A stretch of DNA of 48,000 nucleotides from Cyanobacteria bacterium J06648_16 (GCA_039817185.1 JBCBWI010000008.1:33335-81334); one strand, 5' to 3'; positions 17,741 through 26,879 are shown, counted from the stretch's first letter. The notes: generated by a model not told the origin, from the letters alone. Translations and numbers: made by a program.

Positions 17741-19348
17741 TTAGCTGGCTTGCAGGCTGGGTTGTTGACGGTTGGCTTCGGCCTGCTGCTGCAGAGTACG
17801 GCGGTCAATTTTGCCAGTGCCGGTCCGTGGAAAGGTGGGTGCGATCGCAACCCCTTTCGGGACTGCATAGGCAGGCAGCTTTTCGGCCACAAAGCGCAGG
17901 AGATCGTTTTCGGTTAACCCGGCACCAGCCTTAAGGATGACGGCGGCCTCCACCTGACGGCTGCCGGTATCAGTAGGGACGGCGTAAACAGCGGCTTCCT
18001 CAACCTGAGGATGGCTAACTAGAGCTGCTTCGACCTCGTCTAGCTCAATGCGGTAGCCTCGGGTTTTGATCTGGCGGTCTTTGCGGCCAATGAACTGGTA
18101 GTTGCCGTCAGTCAGCTGCTGCACTAAATCTCCGGTGCGATAAAACACGGCTGCTTGGCTGGCGATTTTCGTTCGGTAAAATACCTGCTCGTTCAGCACT
18201 GGCTGCTGCCAGTAGCCCGCCATCATGGTCGGTGTCCGTACCAGCAGTTCACCCACTTCGCCCGAAGGCACTAGCTGGCCGTCGTCATCGACCACCATTT
18301 CTTCGGCGTTAGCCCAAATCCGGCCAATGGGCGCGACCGCCTCCGGTACGGGCTGCCCCTCGGTCAGCGGCGGCACGTGGTAATAGCTGCACTGGTTGAT
18401 CTCGGCTGGACCGTAAACGTTGCTAAACCGGGCCTGTGGCAGTTGCGCCATCAGGTCGTACATATATTTAGCCGGGTAGGGCTCGCCCCCAAACAGCACC
18501 CACCGAAGTGAGCGTAGGTCTCTTTCGTGAAGGGCCCCGCGCAGCAGTAGCTGAATCAGGGCAAAGGGGACCGAGTACCAAATCGTCAGGGCCTCATCCT
18601 GCGCCAGCTGGGAAAGACTGGCCGGAATTTTTGTGTAGGCCTCGGGAATAATCACGGTTGTTGCCCCCACCAGCGGCCCCGAAAAATAGTCCAGCGTAGA
18701 CATATCGAAGTGGAGCGGTGAGTGATTGCCGAGCCGATCGGTATGGGTCAGGCCGTAGGTATGCGCCGCCATTTGGGCGTAGTTCAACCCGCTGCGGTGG
18801 GTGTGCATGATGCCCTTGGGCGTGCCCGTCGAGCCCGAGGTGTACATAACGTAGGCCAGGTCCTGCTCCATCAGTGAAACGGCGGGCGGCGTCTCGCTAG
18901 GAACAACCTCGGACCAGTCACAGCGCTCGATAGAAGACACCAGCTCGAAACTTTTTGGCAGCCCCAAAATAAACGCCAAGCCGGGAGCCGCGTTGAGCAA
19001 ATCAGGCATCCGGGTGCGCTTAGCTTTTTGGGTGATCAGGTGGCGGATACCACAGTGGTTGATGGCGTAGGCCGTACGGGAAATGGGGGCGCTCGGGTCC
19101 AGAGGGACGTAGGCGGCACCCGCTTTCCAGATGCCGTAAAGTGCGATCGCACTTTCGAACCCTTTATTCAAATAAATGCCGACTCGGTCACCCCGACGCA
19201 CGCCGTGATTGACCAGCATCAGAGCCAGCCCGTTGGCCCGCAGCAGCAGTTGTTCATAGGTAAGCCCCTCTCCCTCAAATCGAAACGCCTCCCGCTGGGG
19301 AAACCGTTCGGCAGAGCAGTCAAGAATCTGGGATAGCAGATACATCAT
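17741..19348 (-). CDS. Stand-alone adenylating enzyme (AMP-dependent synthetase / A-domain protein)
   Basis: Motifs YVMYTSGSTGTPKG, NVYGPAE, YRTGDLV, GRKDRQIKTRGYRIELDEVE and GKIDRR. The start is chosen at the ATGATG at 19343-19348, which is preceded by AGGAG overlapping the ACAD stop. Confidence 0.85.
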   Translation of the reverse strand: MMYLLSQILDCSAERFPQREAFRFEGEGLTYEQLLLRANGLALMLVNHGVRRGDRVGIYLNKGFESAIALYGIWKAGAAYVPLDPSAPISRTAYAINHCGIRHLITQKAKRTRMPDLLNAAPGLAFILGLPKSFELVSSIERCDWSEVVPSETPPAVSLMEQDLAYVMYTSGSTGTPKGIMHTHRSGLNYAQMAAHTYGLTHTDRLGNHSPLHFDMSTLDYFSGPLVGATTVIIPEAYTKIPASLSQLAQDEALTIWYSVPFALIQLLLRGALHERDLRSLRWVLFGGEPYPAKYMYDLMAQLPQARFSNVYGPAEINQCSYYHVPPLTEGQPVPEAVAPIGRIWANAEEMVVDDDGQLVPSGEVGELLVRTPTMMAGYWQQPVLNEQVFYRTKIASQAAVFYRTGDLVQQLTDGNYQFIGRKDRQIKTRGYRIELDEVEAALVSHPQVEEAAVYAVPTDTGSRQVEAAVILKAGAGLTENDLLRFVAEKLPAYAVPKGVAIAPTFPRTGTGKIDRRTLQQQAEANRQQPSLQAS

Positions 19349-19358
19349 CGTTTGGCTC

Positions 19359-20507
19359 CTACAGTCCCAACGACCGGGCAATAATGTTGCGCTGAATGTC
19401 GGAGGTACCTGCGTAAATCACCCCACCAATCGCGTCGCGCAGGTCTCGCTCGACCCCGATTTCAGTCAAATATCCGTTACCCCCGTGAATCCGCACCGCG
19501 TCTAGCCCTGACGCGACAAAGCACTCGCTCAGGTACAGCTTCAGCAGGGCGGCCTCTAGCATGGCGGGCTTTCCTCTCTCTTTTAGCCAGGCCACTTTGT
19601 AGAGCAGCAGTCGCGCCGTCTCTAGCCGGAGCTTCATGTCCGCTACGCGATTAGAAACTGACTGAAACTTGCCAATGGGCTGACCATACTGCTCTCGCGA
19701 CTTAGCGTAGTCCACGGTTTTCTCTAGCTGTCGCTCCATCGTACCTAGCTCACTGGCCAGATTAAAACAGCGATCATACTCCAGAGAGCTATGGGAGAAG
19801 CTGAATCCCGCACCCTCAGGACCCAGCCGGTTCTCGTCGGGGACAAAGCAGTCTTTAAAGAACACTTCGCCAAAGGGCGCGGTTCGCAGTCCCATTTTCT
19901 CTTTGACCGGACCGGTCGAAAATCCCTCTGTTGCCCGCTCAACCAAAAAGGCTGTCAATCCCCACTTGCCCAAAGTCGGATCAAGCGTGGCAAACACCAA
20001 GGCCAGATCGCAAATTGGCGCACAGGTAACAAACTTCTTGCTGCCGTTGAGACGGTAACCCCCTTCACACTTTTCGGCTTGGGTTTTAAGGCTGTATACG
20101 TCCGATCCCGAGTCGGGCTCTGACAGGGCATGAACGCCAATCCACTCCCCCTTGCACAAGCGGGGAAGATAGCGCTGCTTCTGGTCTTCGCTCCCAAACT
20201 GTTGAAGCAAGATTTGAACTGTCCACATCTGAGCGTTGAGGGCCAGCGTCAGGCCGTTGTCTTCGCAGCCATAGCCAAGCGCCTCCATCGCCAGCACCGC
20301 TGTCATAATATCGAGGGCAGGCGAACCGCTGTACGCCTCGGGCACGCACATCCCCTGAATGCCAAACTCCGCGCAGCGACGCCAGTTTTCCCAGGAGAAT
20401 TTGCCGTGATAGTCGCGTTCGATCACGTCATCGTTTAGCTGTTCTTGAGCAAATTGAATGACCCGTTGCGTAAACGCAAGTTGTTCGTCTGACCAGGAAA
20501 AGTCCAT
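19359..20507 (-). CDS. Acyl-CoA dehydrogenase family protein (likely an acyl/aminoacyl-carrier-protein dehydrogenase)
   Basis: ACAD fold motifs: ALSEPDSGSD, the GGNGY region and a C-terminal IYAGTSDIQRNIIAR. The C-terminal motif has Ala where MCAD-type enzymes have the catalytic Glu. A candidate Glu sits in SSLEYDR instead. Confidence 0.85.
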   Translation of the reverse strand: MDFSWSDEQLAFTQRVIQFAQEQLNDDVIERDYHGKFSWENWRRCAEFGIQGMCVPEAYSGSPALDIMTAVLAMEALGYGCEDNGLTLALNAQMWTVQILLQQFGSEDQKQRYLPRLCKGEWIGVHALSEPDSGSDVYSLKTQAEKCEGGYRLNGSKKFVTCAPICDLALVFATLDPTLGKWGLTAFLVERATEGFSTGPVKEKMGLRTAPFGEVFFKDCFVPDENRLGPEGAGFSFSHSSLEYDRCFNLASELGTMERQLEKTVDYAKSREQYGQPIGKFQSVSNRVADMKLRLETARLLLYKVAWLKERGKPAMLEAALLKLYLSECFVASGLDAVRIHGGNGYLTEIGVERDLRDAIGGVIYAGTSDIQRNIIARSLGL

Positions 20508-20573
20508 GAGAAACTAAGGAAGAAGGGGCAAGACGGAGAGCCAGCGAACCGATGACAAACCAACGGCGTGTTC

Positions 20574-21653
20574 TTATAGAGGCGATGAAACGAAGCTATA
20601 GGGGTTCTTGACGTCCGCTGCGGCGCTTTCTAGATGGGTCCAGGTCCCTACCTGCAGCTTGTGAGCGTAGTCGAGCAGCATATTCAGGGCGACCTGGTCT
20701 TCTAGCGCAAACCCGGTGGAGTCAAAGACAGTTGGCTGTTGTTGATAAGGTCCATAGCGCTCCGGATGTTGAATGACCTCAAATAGTTCGGCCCCAATCG
20801 CCTGGGGCGTCATAAGCTGCTGACATTCCCCCTCAACCAGGGCCTGTTCACGAAAGTCAGGACAGACAAAACTGCGCTCTAGCAGGCTAAGCGGCACCTC
20901 AATCTTCCCCGGAAAATCAGCCCCCACCGCATTCACATGCAGCCAGGGGTTAAGGTCGCAATCGGCAAACACCGGCCCTTCACCCACATCCACCGACGTG
21001 GCCGTGCAGAGAATGTCAGCAGCGGCGACGACATCAGTCAGCTCAGCCGGCTGAATCTTGACGGCTTTGATGTTTAGCGGTGCAACTCTTTCCGCAAATG
21101 AGGTCATCACGTCTGGGTCAATGTCGTAAACCCAAACCTGCTTAAGGTCAAAACATCGCGATAGGGCATGAAGCTGCGTCACTGCCTGCGCCCCTGCCCC
21201 CACTAAGCCCAAAACTCGACTGTCGGGACGGGCCAAGTAGCGGCTGGCCAAAGCGGAAGCAGCCCCCGTCCGCAGCGCCGTCAAAAAGGTGCCATCGACC
21301 ACCGCTAACAAATGTCCAGAGGCGGGGTCGTAGGCTGAAATCGTCGAAATAACCGTGGGCAACCCATACCGCTCTGGATTTTGGGGATGATACCCAACCG
21401 CTTTGACGACAATCTGCTGAGACTTTTGAAACAGCGGCATCCACTCAACTAAACCCACGTTCGGTTGGCGGTAGTTGAAGCCTGTACGCACGGGAATGAC
21501 TGTCTGAGCGGGATCGAAATGGCAAAGCGCGTCGTCAAGTCGGACAATCATCTCGTCCATCAGCGCGTCTAGACCGACATGCTGGGCAATTTGGCGAGTA
21601 TCACCAACCGAGAGGATCTGTGTTTGCAAGGGCGTTTGCAAGGGCGATCGCAT
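20574..21653 (-). CDS. Ornithine (or lysine) cyclodeaminase, mu-crystallin family
   Basis: Motifs VEWMP, VGYHPQNP, TALRTGAASALASRYLARP, GAGAQAV, VYDIDP, HVNAVGADFPGKIE and VEGECQQL track the Pseudomonas OCD pattern as I recall it. The start is placed at the internal ATG at 21651-21653, because the first 39 aa of the track ORF look non-coding. Confidence 0.8.
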   Translation of the reverse strand: MRSPLQTPLQTQILSVGDTRQIAQHVGLDALMDEMIVRLDDALCHFDPAQTVIPVRTGFNYRQPNVGLVEWMPLFQKSQQIVVKAVGYHPQNPERYGLPTVISTISAYDPASGHLLAVVDGTFLTALRTGAASALASRYLARPDSRVLGLVGAGAQAVTQLHALSRCFDLKQVWVYDIDPDVMTSFAERVAPLNIKAVKIQPAELTDVVAAADILCTATSVDVGEGPVFADCDLNPWLHVNAVGADFPGKIEVPLSLLERSFVCPDFREQALVEGECQQLMTPQAIGAELFEVIQHPERYGPYQQQPTVFDSTGFALEDQVALNMLLDYAHKLQVGTWTHLESAAADVKNPYSFVSSPL

Positions 21654-21818
21654 CGTCGAAAGGCGATTGTTAGTGGGGGCAGAGAGCGAGGCGATCATGT
21701 AGAAAAGGGCTAATAAATGAAGTAAACACTGGCGTAAGGCGATCAGCCTGTGGGTATCGGCAGACTCCACCGGGCGGTCACCGTCAAAAAGGGATAAACG
21801 GTTTCACTCGCCCTTCGG

Positions 21819-23036
21819 TCAAAGCAGCCCCTGAATGACCGGTAAGACCTGCAGGTTTACATCGAAGGCTCGCTCTACAAACCAATAGAGCGACATTGCC
21901 CCTAGCGCAAGCCCACCCGTCTGCAAGACAAAGCGAGAGTAGAAAAACTGCTTCCGGACCAGATACAGCAGCGGAAAGACAACTGCAATAATCGCCAGCT
22001 GGCCGATTTCGACCCCTAGATTAAAACCGAAAAGAGAAAGCAACGCATGTTGGCTAGTAACGCCCAATTCGGCCAGTACGTCGGCAAACCCAAACCCGTG
22101 GAAAAGCCCGAATAAGAAAATGATCAGCCAGGAGCGACCTTTGAAGATAGGGATAAAAATATCGACCGCAACTAGGCCAATAGAAGCGGCGATGATCGAC
22201 TCGACCAGGCGCGAAGGCACCTGAACAATACCCAAGGTCGCTAGACCTAGCGTCAGACTATGGGCCACGGTAAATGCGGTCGCAATCTTGATGATGTAGA
22301 TAAACGCGGTAGAGAATTTACCAACGGGGTGCCATCGATCATCTTGACGCCGCAGCACCGAAGGTAGCAACAGCGCAACTAGAAACAGAACGTGATCAAT
22401 GCCCTCTACGATATGCTCGATGCCCAGCTTAACAACACCAACGAACCCTTGAAACAAACTTCCCGAAGAGATATCTAGGGTCTGAACTTGCCCTGGCTGA
22501 TTAAAAACCAACAGCGCATTGGATTCGTTACCAAAGGTACCGGTTTTCCAGTTTTCTTCAATGAGTAGTAGGTTAGTGTGCTGAGGCTTTTCAGGCAGGA
22601 TGACGTCATACTGCACCTGCAGGGCATCGGGCAACTGTTCAAAGCCCTCTACCACATAGTTCAGCTGCAGAAACTGAGAAAACGTGGTGTTGAGAAAATC
22701 GTAGTCTTGAAAAACAGCTTCGCAGGTTTGCGGCTCGCAGCCGATGCTCAAATGCTTAGAGACATAGTCTTGGATTCGATCAAGGCTGGGCTTGATATCT
22801 TCGCCGTGAATTTTTTTATCCGTTGGTAGGCCCAGATCGGCGACTTCGTTGAGATCTAGAACGGGAATTTCTGCTCGAGCGGTAACAGTATCTTCGGCAA
22901 TTTGAAAGTAGAGATAGCTCTGACCAGTATTGTGTGCGATCGCACCTGATCCCCAGCCAGATATCACTACACAGAGGCAAGTCAACGCAGTCAGGGTGGC
23001 AAAGACAAAGGTAGAATGCAGCGTTTTTCTGAACAT
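21819..23036 (-). CDS. HupE/UreJ-family membrane protein with a large N-terminal extracytoplasmic domain
   Basis: A signal-anchor sequence is followed by about 190 aa of soluble region, then TM helices carrying GIDHVLFLVALLL, FTVAHSLTLG, LFHGFGFADVL and GVEIGQL. Confidence 0.65.
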   Translation of the reverse strand: MFRKTLHSTFVFATLTALTCLCVVISGWGSGAIAHNTGQSYLYFQIAEDTVTARAEIPVLDLNEVADLGLPTDKKIHGEDIKPSLDRIQDYVSKHLSIGCEPQTCEAVFQDYDFLNTTFSQFLQLNYVVEGFEQLPDALQVQYDVILPEKPQHTNLLLIEENWKTGTFGNESNALLVFNQPGQVQTLDISSGSLFQGFVGVVKLGIEHIVEGIDHVLFLVALLLPSVLRRQDDRWHPVGKFSTAFIYIIKIATAFTVAHSLTLGLATLGIVQVPSRLVESIIAASIGLVAVDIFIPIFKGRSWLIIFLFGLFHGFGFADVLAELGVTSQHALLSLFGFNLGVEIGQLAIIAVVFPLLYLVRKQFFYSRFVLQTGGLALGAMSLYWFVERAFDVNLQVLPVIQGLL

Positions 23037-23921
23037 GACCTTTAAAGGTTTATAGAGAGCGTAGTATCAAGCGCAACGCAGCCTCACTCTTATCAAACAG
23101 CAACAATGGCTATCAGATAAACAATTTCAGTCTTGATTAAAGGGAAGGTGTCGTACATCTAGGACGGAAGCAGTAGCGGATGGCAACTAGTCAGCCAACC
23201 GACCAGCTATTTATGGATGTATCACTTTTAACCAAATAACGAACCCGGACGAATTAATAGAATTACGGACAACCTTCACATACTTTCCTAAATATACATG
23301 AAATATACTTAGGCTCAAGTTATCAAAACCAGGGATAAAAGACCGAAAATTCCGGCTATGTCCTTGCTCTTACTAGGTACTAACTGAGTACGCAAATGGG
23401 TTTAAAGAACGTGTGAAGCATGCTTAAAGTTCCTTTAAAGATGCCCTAGGGTCAGTAGGATCAGGGACAGCCCATCCAGGAAATTGTGTGGGACTAAATT
23501 ATGTGAAATAAATTTCATTGGCATCATTTTTTAGCCAGTCCTCTTTCCATGTATAGAGAACAACATTTTTTCTGACGTTTGAATCGACACACTCTCTATT
23601 GACTCAGGCAGCAGTTAACTGTCGATTAACATCGGGTTGAAATCGACAATTGCTATGTATGGGATTGTCGCCACCGTCGTGCCCGAAAGCGGACGGAATC
23701 AACAAACAAGCGTGCGAGATGGATAGGCTCTGTTATTTAGCTCAATAACAATATGGTCAGAGAAGGGCCGTCATGACATTCCGACTGCGGCAATATCAGA
23801 CAGGTTTCTTTCCAAAATTGGAAAGGGCCAGCGCTGGAGCGAGCAATTTATAGCGTTTCTCACTTGACTTGACTCTCTGTATTCAGATAAAAGCTCGATA
23901 AAGCAGCAGGTCAAGTGAGGC

Positions 23922-23948
23922 GCAAGTTTCAATTGCATTGAAACTTGC
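23922..23948 (-). terminator. Perfect 12-bp-arm hairpin just downstream of the lipoprotein gene
   Basis: gcaagtttcaat-tgc-attgaaacttgc. There is no clear U-tract on either strand. Confidence 0.3.
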
Positions 23949-23954
23949 TATAGG

Positions 23955-24692
23955 TCACGATTTGCCCAAGCCATACTTGACCAGATAGCCTGCGATCACA
24001 ACCAGCGTAATGGCCCCCGCCCCAAGCCCAATCGGGCTTGGCACCCAAAAAATCGCTTCAATATGATTGACCTGCCCCAGCTTCAATATCCAGGTTGTTT
24101 CATGACCGCGCATGAGGGTGTCTCCGACTGCAGACTGCACCCCCCAGGGCGTTACCAGGTGAAACGCCAGATTCAGCACCCGCCAGCTATCCCGCGCTTG
24201 GGCACGTAGCTCCGTCAGCGAGGTCAGATCAATGTCAAGGCTAATCTGGTTACGGAGCGCGAACAGCCAGTTCTTCTGACGCAGGTCCAGGTGGGCAGGC
24301 AGCTGGGGTGACCCTGGTAGTTGGCTCAGGGTGGGGTTGCTGTCAGTATCAAACAGGGCGTTGAAGGTATTGCTCAGGTCTGTGCCGTTGTAAAAGGGCA
24401 CCGTCACTTTTACCGTATTGCCATCCAAGCGTTGGACTTTCCCCCGCGTTTGCTGCTCAAACTGTCGCAGCCATTGCTGGGCGCTGGTGGGGTTAAGCTG
24501 GGCGACCCGCTCACTCAGGTGTAGAGTTTGGGTGAGGGCACCGTGGGTCTGGCTATCGAAACGAATGCCCAAGTCGTAGTCAACACAGCCCGTCAGGCAT
24601 AGGGCCAGGGCAATCAATACCAGGCGTTTAACCGCTAACTGAACCACAGTAAGCCTCCAATCACCAACGCGCAGCCGAACAGGGCGACCCAT
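23955..24692 (-). CDS. Hypothetical lipoprotein with a C-terminal TM helix
   Basis: Lipobox LALCLTGC and a C-terminal hydrophobic stretch GAGAITLVVIAGYLV. The 5' end overlaps the upstream TPR gene, so an in-frame GTG at 24647 is an alternative start. Confidence 0.5.
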   Translation of the reverse strand: MGRPVRLRVGDWRLTVVQLAVKRLVLIALALCLTGCVDYDLGIRFDSQTHGALTQTLHLSERVAQLNPTSAQQWLRQFEQQTRGKVQRLDGNTVKVTVPFYNGTDLSNTFNALFDTDSNPTLSQLPGSPQLPAHLDLRQKNWLFALRNQISLDIDLTSLTELRAQARDSWRVLNLAFHLVTPWGVQSAVGDTLMRGHETTWILKLGQVNHIEAIFWVPSPIGLGAGAITLVVIAGYLVKYGLGKS

Positions 24693-25156
24693 ACGAACTG
24701 GTTGTCCTGGGTATTGACCTTGCTCAAGTCGATGGGCTCCGGTTCAGGCATGGGTCGGCGGCGAGGACGGCTGGCCGTCGTCCCATACTTCGACTGGGTC
24801 AGCGTGTAGTCATTGCCGCCTTCAATATTGCCCAGATCAGGAATCTGACTCATCCACTCGGGTTTGGTCGCCAGCTCAGGCGCTTGCAAAATGTAGGCCA
24901 GCCGCTTGCTTTGCTTGCTAATTTCTGAATCGGGATGTTGGGCTAGCGCTTGACAGGTTGCGATCGCACGATTCCCATCACCCACCGCCGCGTAGGCATT
25001 GGCCAGCCACAGCTGAATTTCACCCCCCAATACGGTCCCTTTGCCTGCCAGCGCCGTTGCCCGCTCGAACTGGGTCACGGCCTCCCGATAACTGCCCCGC
25101 TCAAATGCGGTTTGCCCCACTGCATAGGCCATCCTGGCCTCGTCCTGTTCGCTCAT
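24635..25156 (-). CDS. TPR-repeat protein with a C-terminal membrane anchor
   Basis: TPR-like helices (AYAVGQTAFERGSYREAVTQFERA and LANAYAAVGDGNRAIATCQAL) and a C-terminal segment FVWVALFGCALVIGGLLWF. Confidence 0.6.
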   Translation of the reverse strand: MSEQDEARMAYAVGQTAFERGSYREAVTQFERATALAGKGTVLGGEIQLWLANAYAAVGDGNRAIATCQALAQHPDSEISKQSKRLAYILQAPELATKPEWMSQIPDLGNIEGGNDYTLTQSKYGTTASRPRRRPMPEPEPIDLSKVNTQDNQFVWVALFGCALVIGGLLWFS

Positions 25157-25199
25157 ACTCCGCCTGCTGCACCACTGCTCATTCTAAAAGGGAGGCGGT

Positions 25200-25700
25200 A
25201 TGCTTGGGACTATGAATAAACAAGATTTGATTGAGCAGCTGGGTCTAATTGAACACGTGGAGGGCGGGTACTTTGCCGAGACCTACCGCGCTGAGGCAAC
25301 GATGACGACTGAACGGGTGGGGTGCGATCGCAACGTCCTCACCTCCATCTACTACCTGCTCACCGACGACCGCCCGGTAGATCATCTGCACAAAAATCGC
25401 TCCGACATCCTCCACTACTTTCAGGCCGGTTCGCCGATTACCTACCTGCTCATCACCCCCGACGGACAGCTAGAGACCCACACCCTTGGGCTAAACCTAG
25501 CAGCTGGTGAGGTACCCCAGCTGCTGGTCCCCGGCGGCTACTGGAAAGCCGCCGTACTCAAATCGGGTGAATACGGACTGCTGGGTGAAGCGGTTGCGCC
25601 GGGCTTTGACTACCGCGATATGGAAATTGCGCAAGCCGCGACGATTAAAGCCGAGTTTCCTGACCGATGGGAGCGAATCGCTGCCTACGTCAGGGCTTAA
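25200..25700 (+). CDS. Cupin-fold protein (DUF985-like)
   Basis: LIEHVEGGYFAETYRA together with later beta-rich segments resembles the cupin_5/DUF985 family. Confidence 0.65.
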   Translation: MLGTMNKQDLIEQLGLIEHVEGGYFAETYRAEATMTTERVGCDRNVLTSIYYLLTDDRPVDHLHKNRSDILHYFQAGSPITYLLITPDGQLETHTLGLNLAAGEVPQLLVPGGYWKAAVLKSGEYGLLGEAVAPGFDYRDMEIAQAATIKAEFPDRWERIAAYVRA

Positions 25701-26746
25701 AGCCTCCTGCGCCCGCTTAGCCCCATCAGGCTGCATAGCTTGTAAACAATGCGCGCACCGACGTTGCCATCCCACTCGGTGCTGCCCACCTCACACAGGT
25801 CAAAGCCGATGATTTCTCGTCCGCTGTGAATGACTTCGCGCAGTAGACAGTAGGCCTCTTCTAGCTCAAACCCACCGGGTACGGGCGTACCTGTACTGGG
25901 GCAGAGTTTGGGGTCAAGCCCATCCACATCAAAGCTAACGTACACCTGCTGGGGGAGCTGGGTGACGATCTGCTCGCAGAGAGTATGCCAGGGCGTCCCT
26001 TTGAACTGTTCTTGCTGCAGATGCGCGTCGAAGTAGATTTGCACTCGCCCATTTGACTGCTCGGCAACCTGAACCTCGGGTTGGGAGACATCACGGATGC
26101 CCACCTGCACCAGTCGGGTAATCTGAGGGATCTCCAGCGCGTTGAACATAATCGAGGCATGGGACTGGGTGAAGCCCTCGTAGGCGTCGCGCAGATCGGC
26201 ATGGGCGTCGATGTGGAGAATGCCAAATTCGGCATAGTGCTGGCTGAGCGCCTGAAGGTAGCCGAGCGGAACGCTGTGGTCACCGCCGATCAGGCCCACT
26301 TTTTTATGTTGGTTGAGGGCTTGCAGGGTGCGATCGCACACCCAGTCCGTCATGGCCTCACAGCCTCGATTGACCTCTGCCAGCAGCTGCACCAGCGTCG
26401 GATCGCTCGCTTTTCCCTGTTCAATGCCCTCAATCACACGGGCAGCCTTGGCCCGCAGCTGACGGTTCTGCCGCTGCAGCTCAGCAGAAATGGGCTCCAT
26501 AAAAATGCCCTGCTGCCAGCCCATCGGGTTATCCAGATCGTAAAAATCGAGCTGGGGTGACGCTTTGAGCACCGCAGCCGGGCCTGCTGCAGTGCCCGCC
26601 CGATAGGACACCGTTACCTCCCACGGAACGCCCAAAATTATGATGTCTGCCGAGTCGTAGTCAAAGGGAAACCCAAATAACTGCCCGTTATCAAGCCCTG
26701 CATTGCTGGGGTCAAAATTGGCCAGAATATCTGCTTTAGTCGGCAT
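25697..26746 (-). CDS. speB: Agmatinase / ureohydrolase (arginase family)
   Basis: Mn-binding motifs GGDHSV, HIDAHADL and SFDVDGLDP. Confidence 0.85.
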   Translation of the reverse strand: MPTKADILANFDPSNAGLDNGQLFGFPFDYDSADIIILGVPWEVTVSYRAGTAAGPAAVLKASPQLDFYDLDNPMGWQQGIFMEPISAELQRQNRQLRAKAARVIEGIEQGKASDPTLVQLLAEVNRGCEAMTDWVCDRTLQALNQHKKVGLIGGDHSVPLGYLQALSQHYAEFGILHIDAHADLRDAYEGFTQSHASIMFNALEIPQITRLVQVGIRDVSQPEVQVAEQSNGRVQIYFDAHLQQEQFKGTPWHTLCEQIVTQLPQQVYVSFDVDGLDPKLCPSTGTPVPGGFELEEAYCLLREVIHSGREIIGFDLCEVGSTEWDGNVGARIVYKLCSLMGLSGRRRL

Positions 26747-26879
26747 ACAAAGAGAACGGAATGGGCGTATTCATAGCTTTGACGACTTTGTTTGGGGCAT
26801 CTAAGTGCCGCTGCCCCGCCAATATGGGGCACACCCTGTCGCACAATCACCCATAAAGTGAGCGATGACTACAACAGGA

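Noticed and set aside
17716-17892. Longer 138-aa version of the carrier-protein ORF
   Set aside because: The extension overlaps the 3' end of the adenylating-enzyme gene in another frame and is not ACP-like. The ATG at 17715 gives a typical 79-aa carrier.
21654-21770. N-terminal extension of 39 aa on the cyclodeaminase ORF
   Set aside because: The extension is hydrophobic and atypical for this family. The family-like sequence begins at the internal Met (MRSPLQT...ILSVGD).
23037-23400. Cobalamin riboswitch upstream of the hupE-like gene, and likewise at 33368-33739 upstream of cbiX
   Set aside because: I looked on the relevant strands for a B12-box-like element and the conserved GGGAA/GCCACTG-type cores and did not find them. 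An Infernal/Rfam scan would be needed to exclude it properly.
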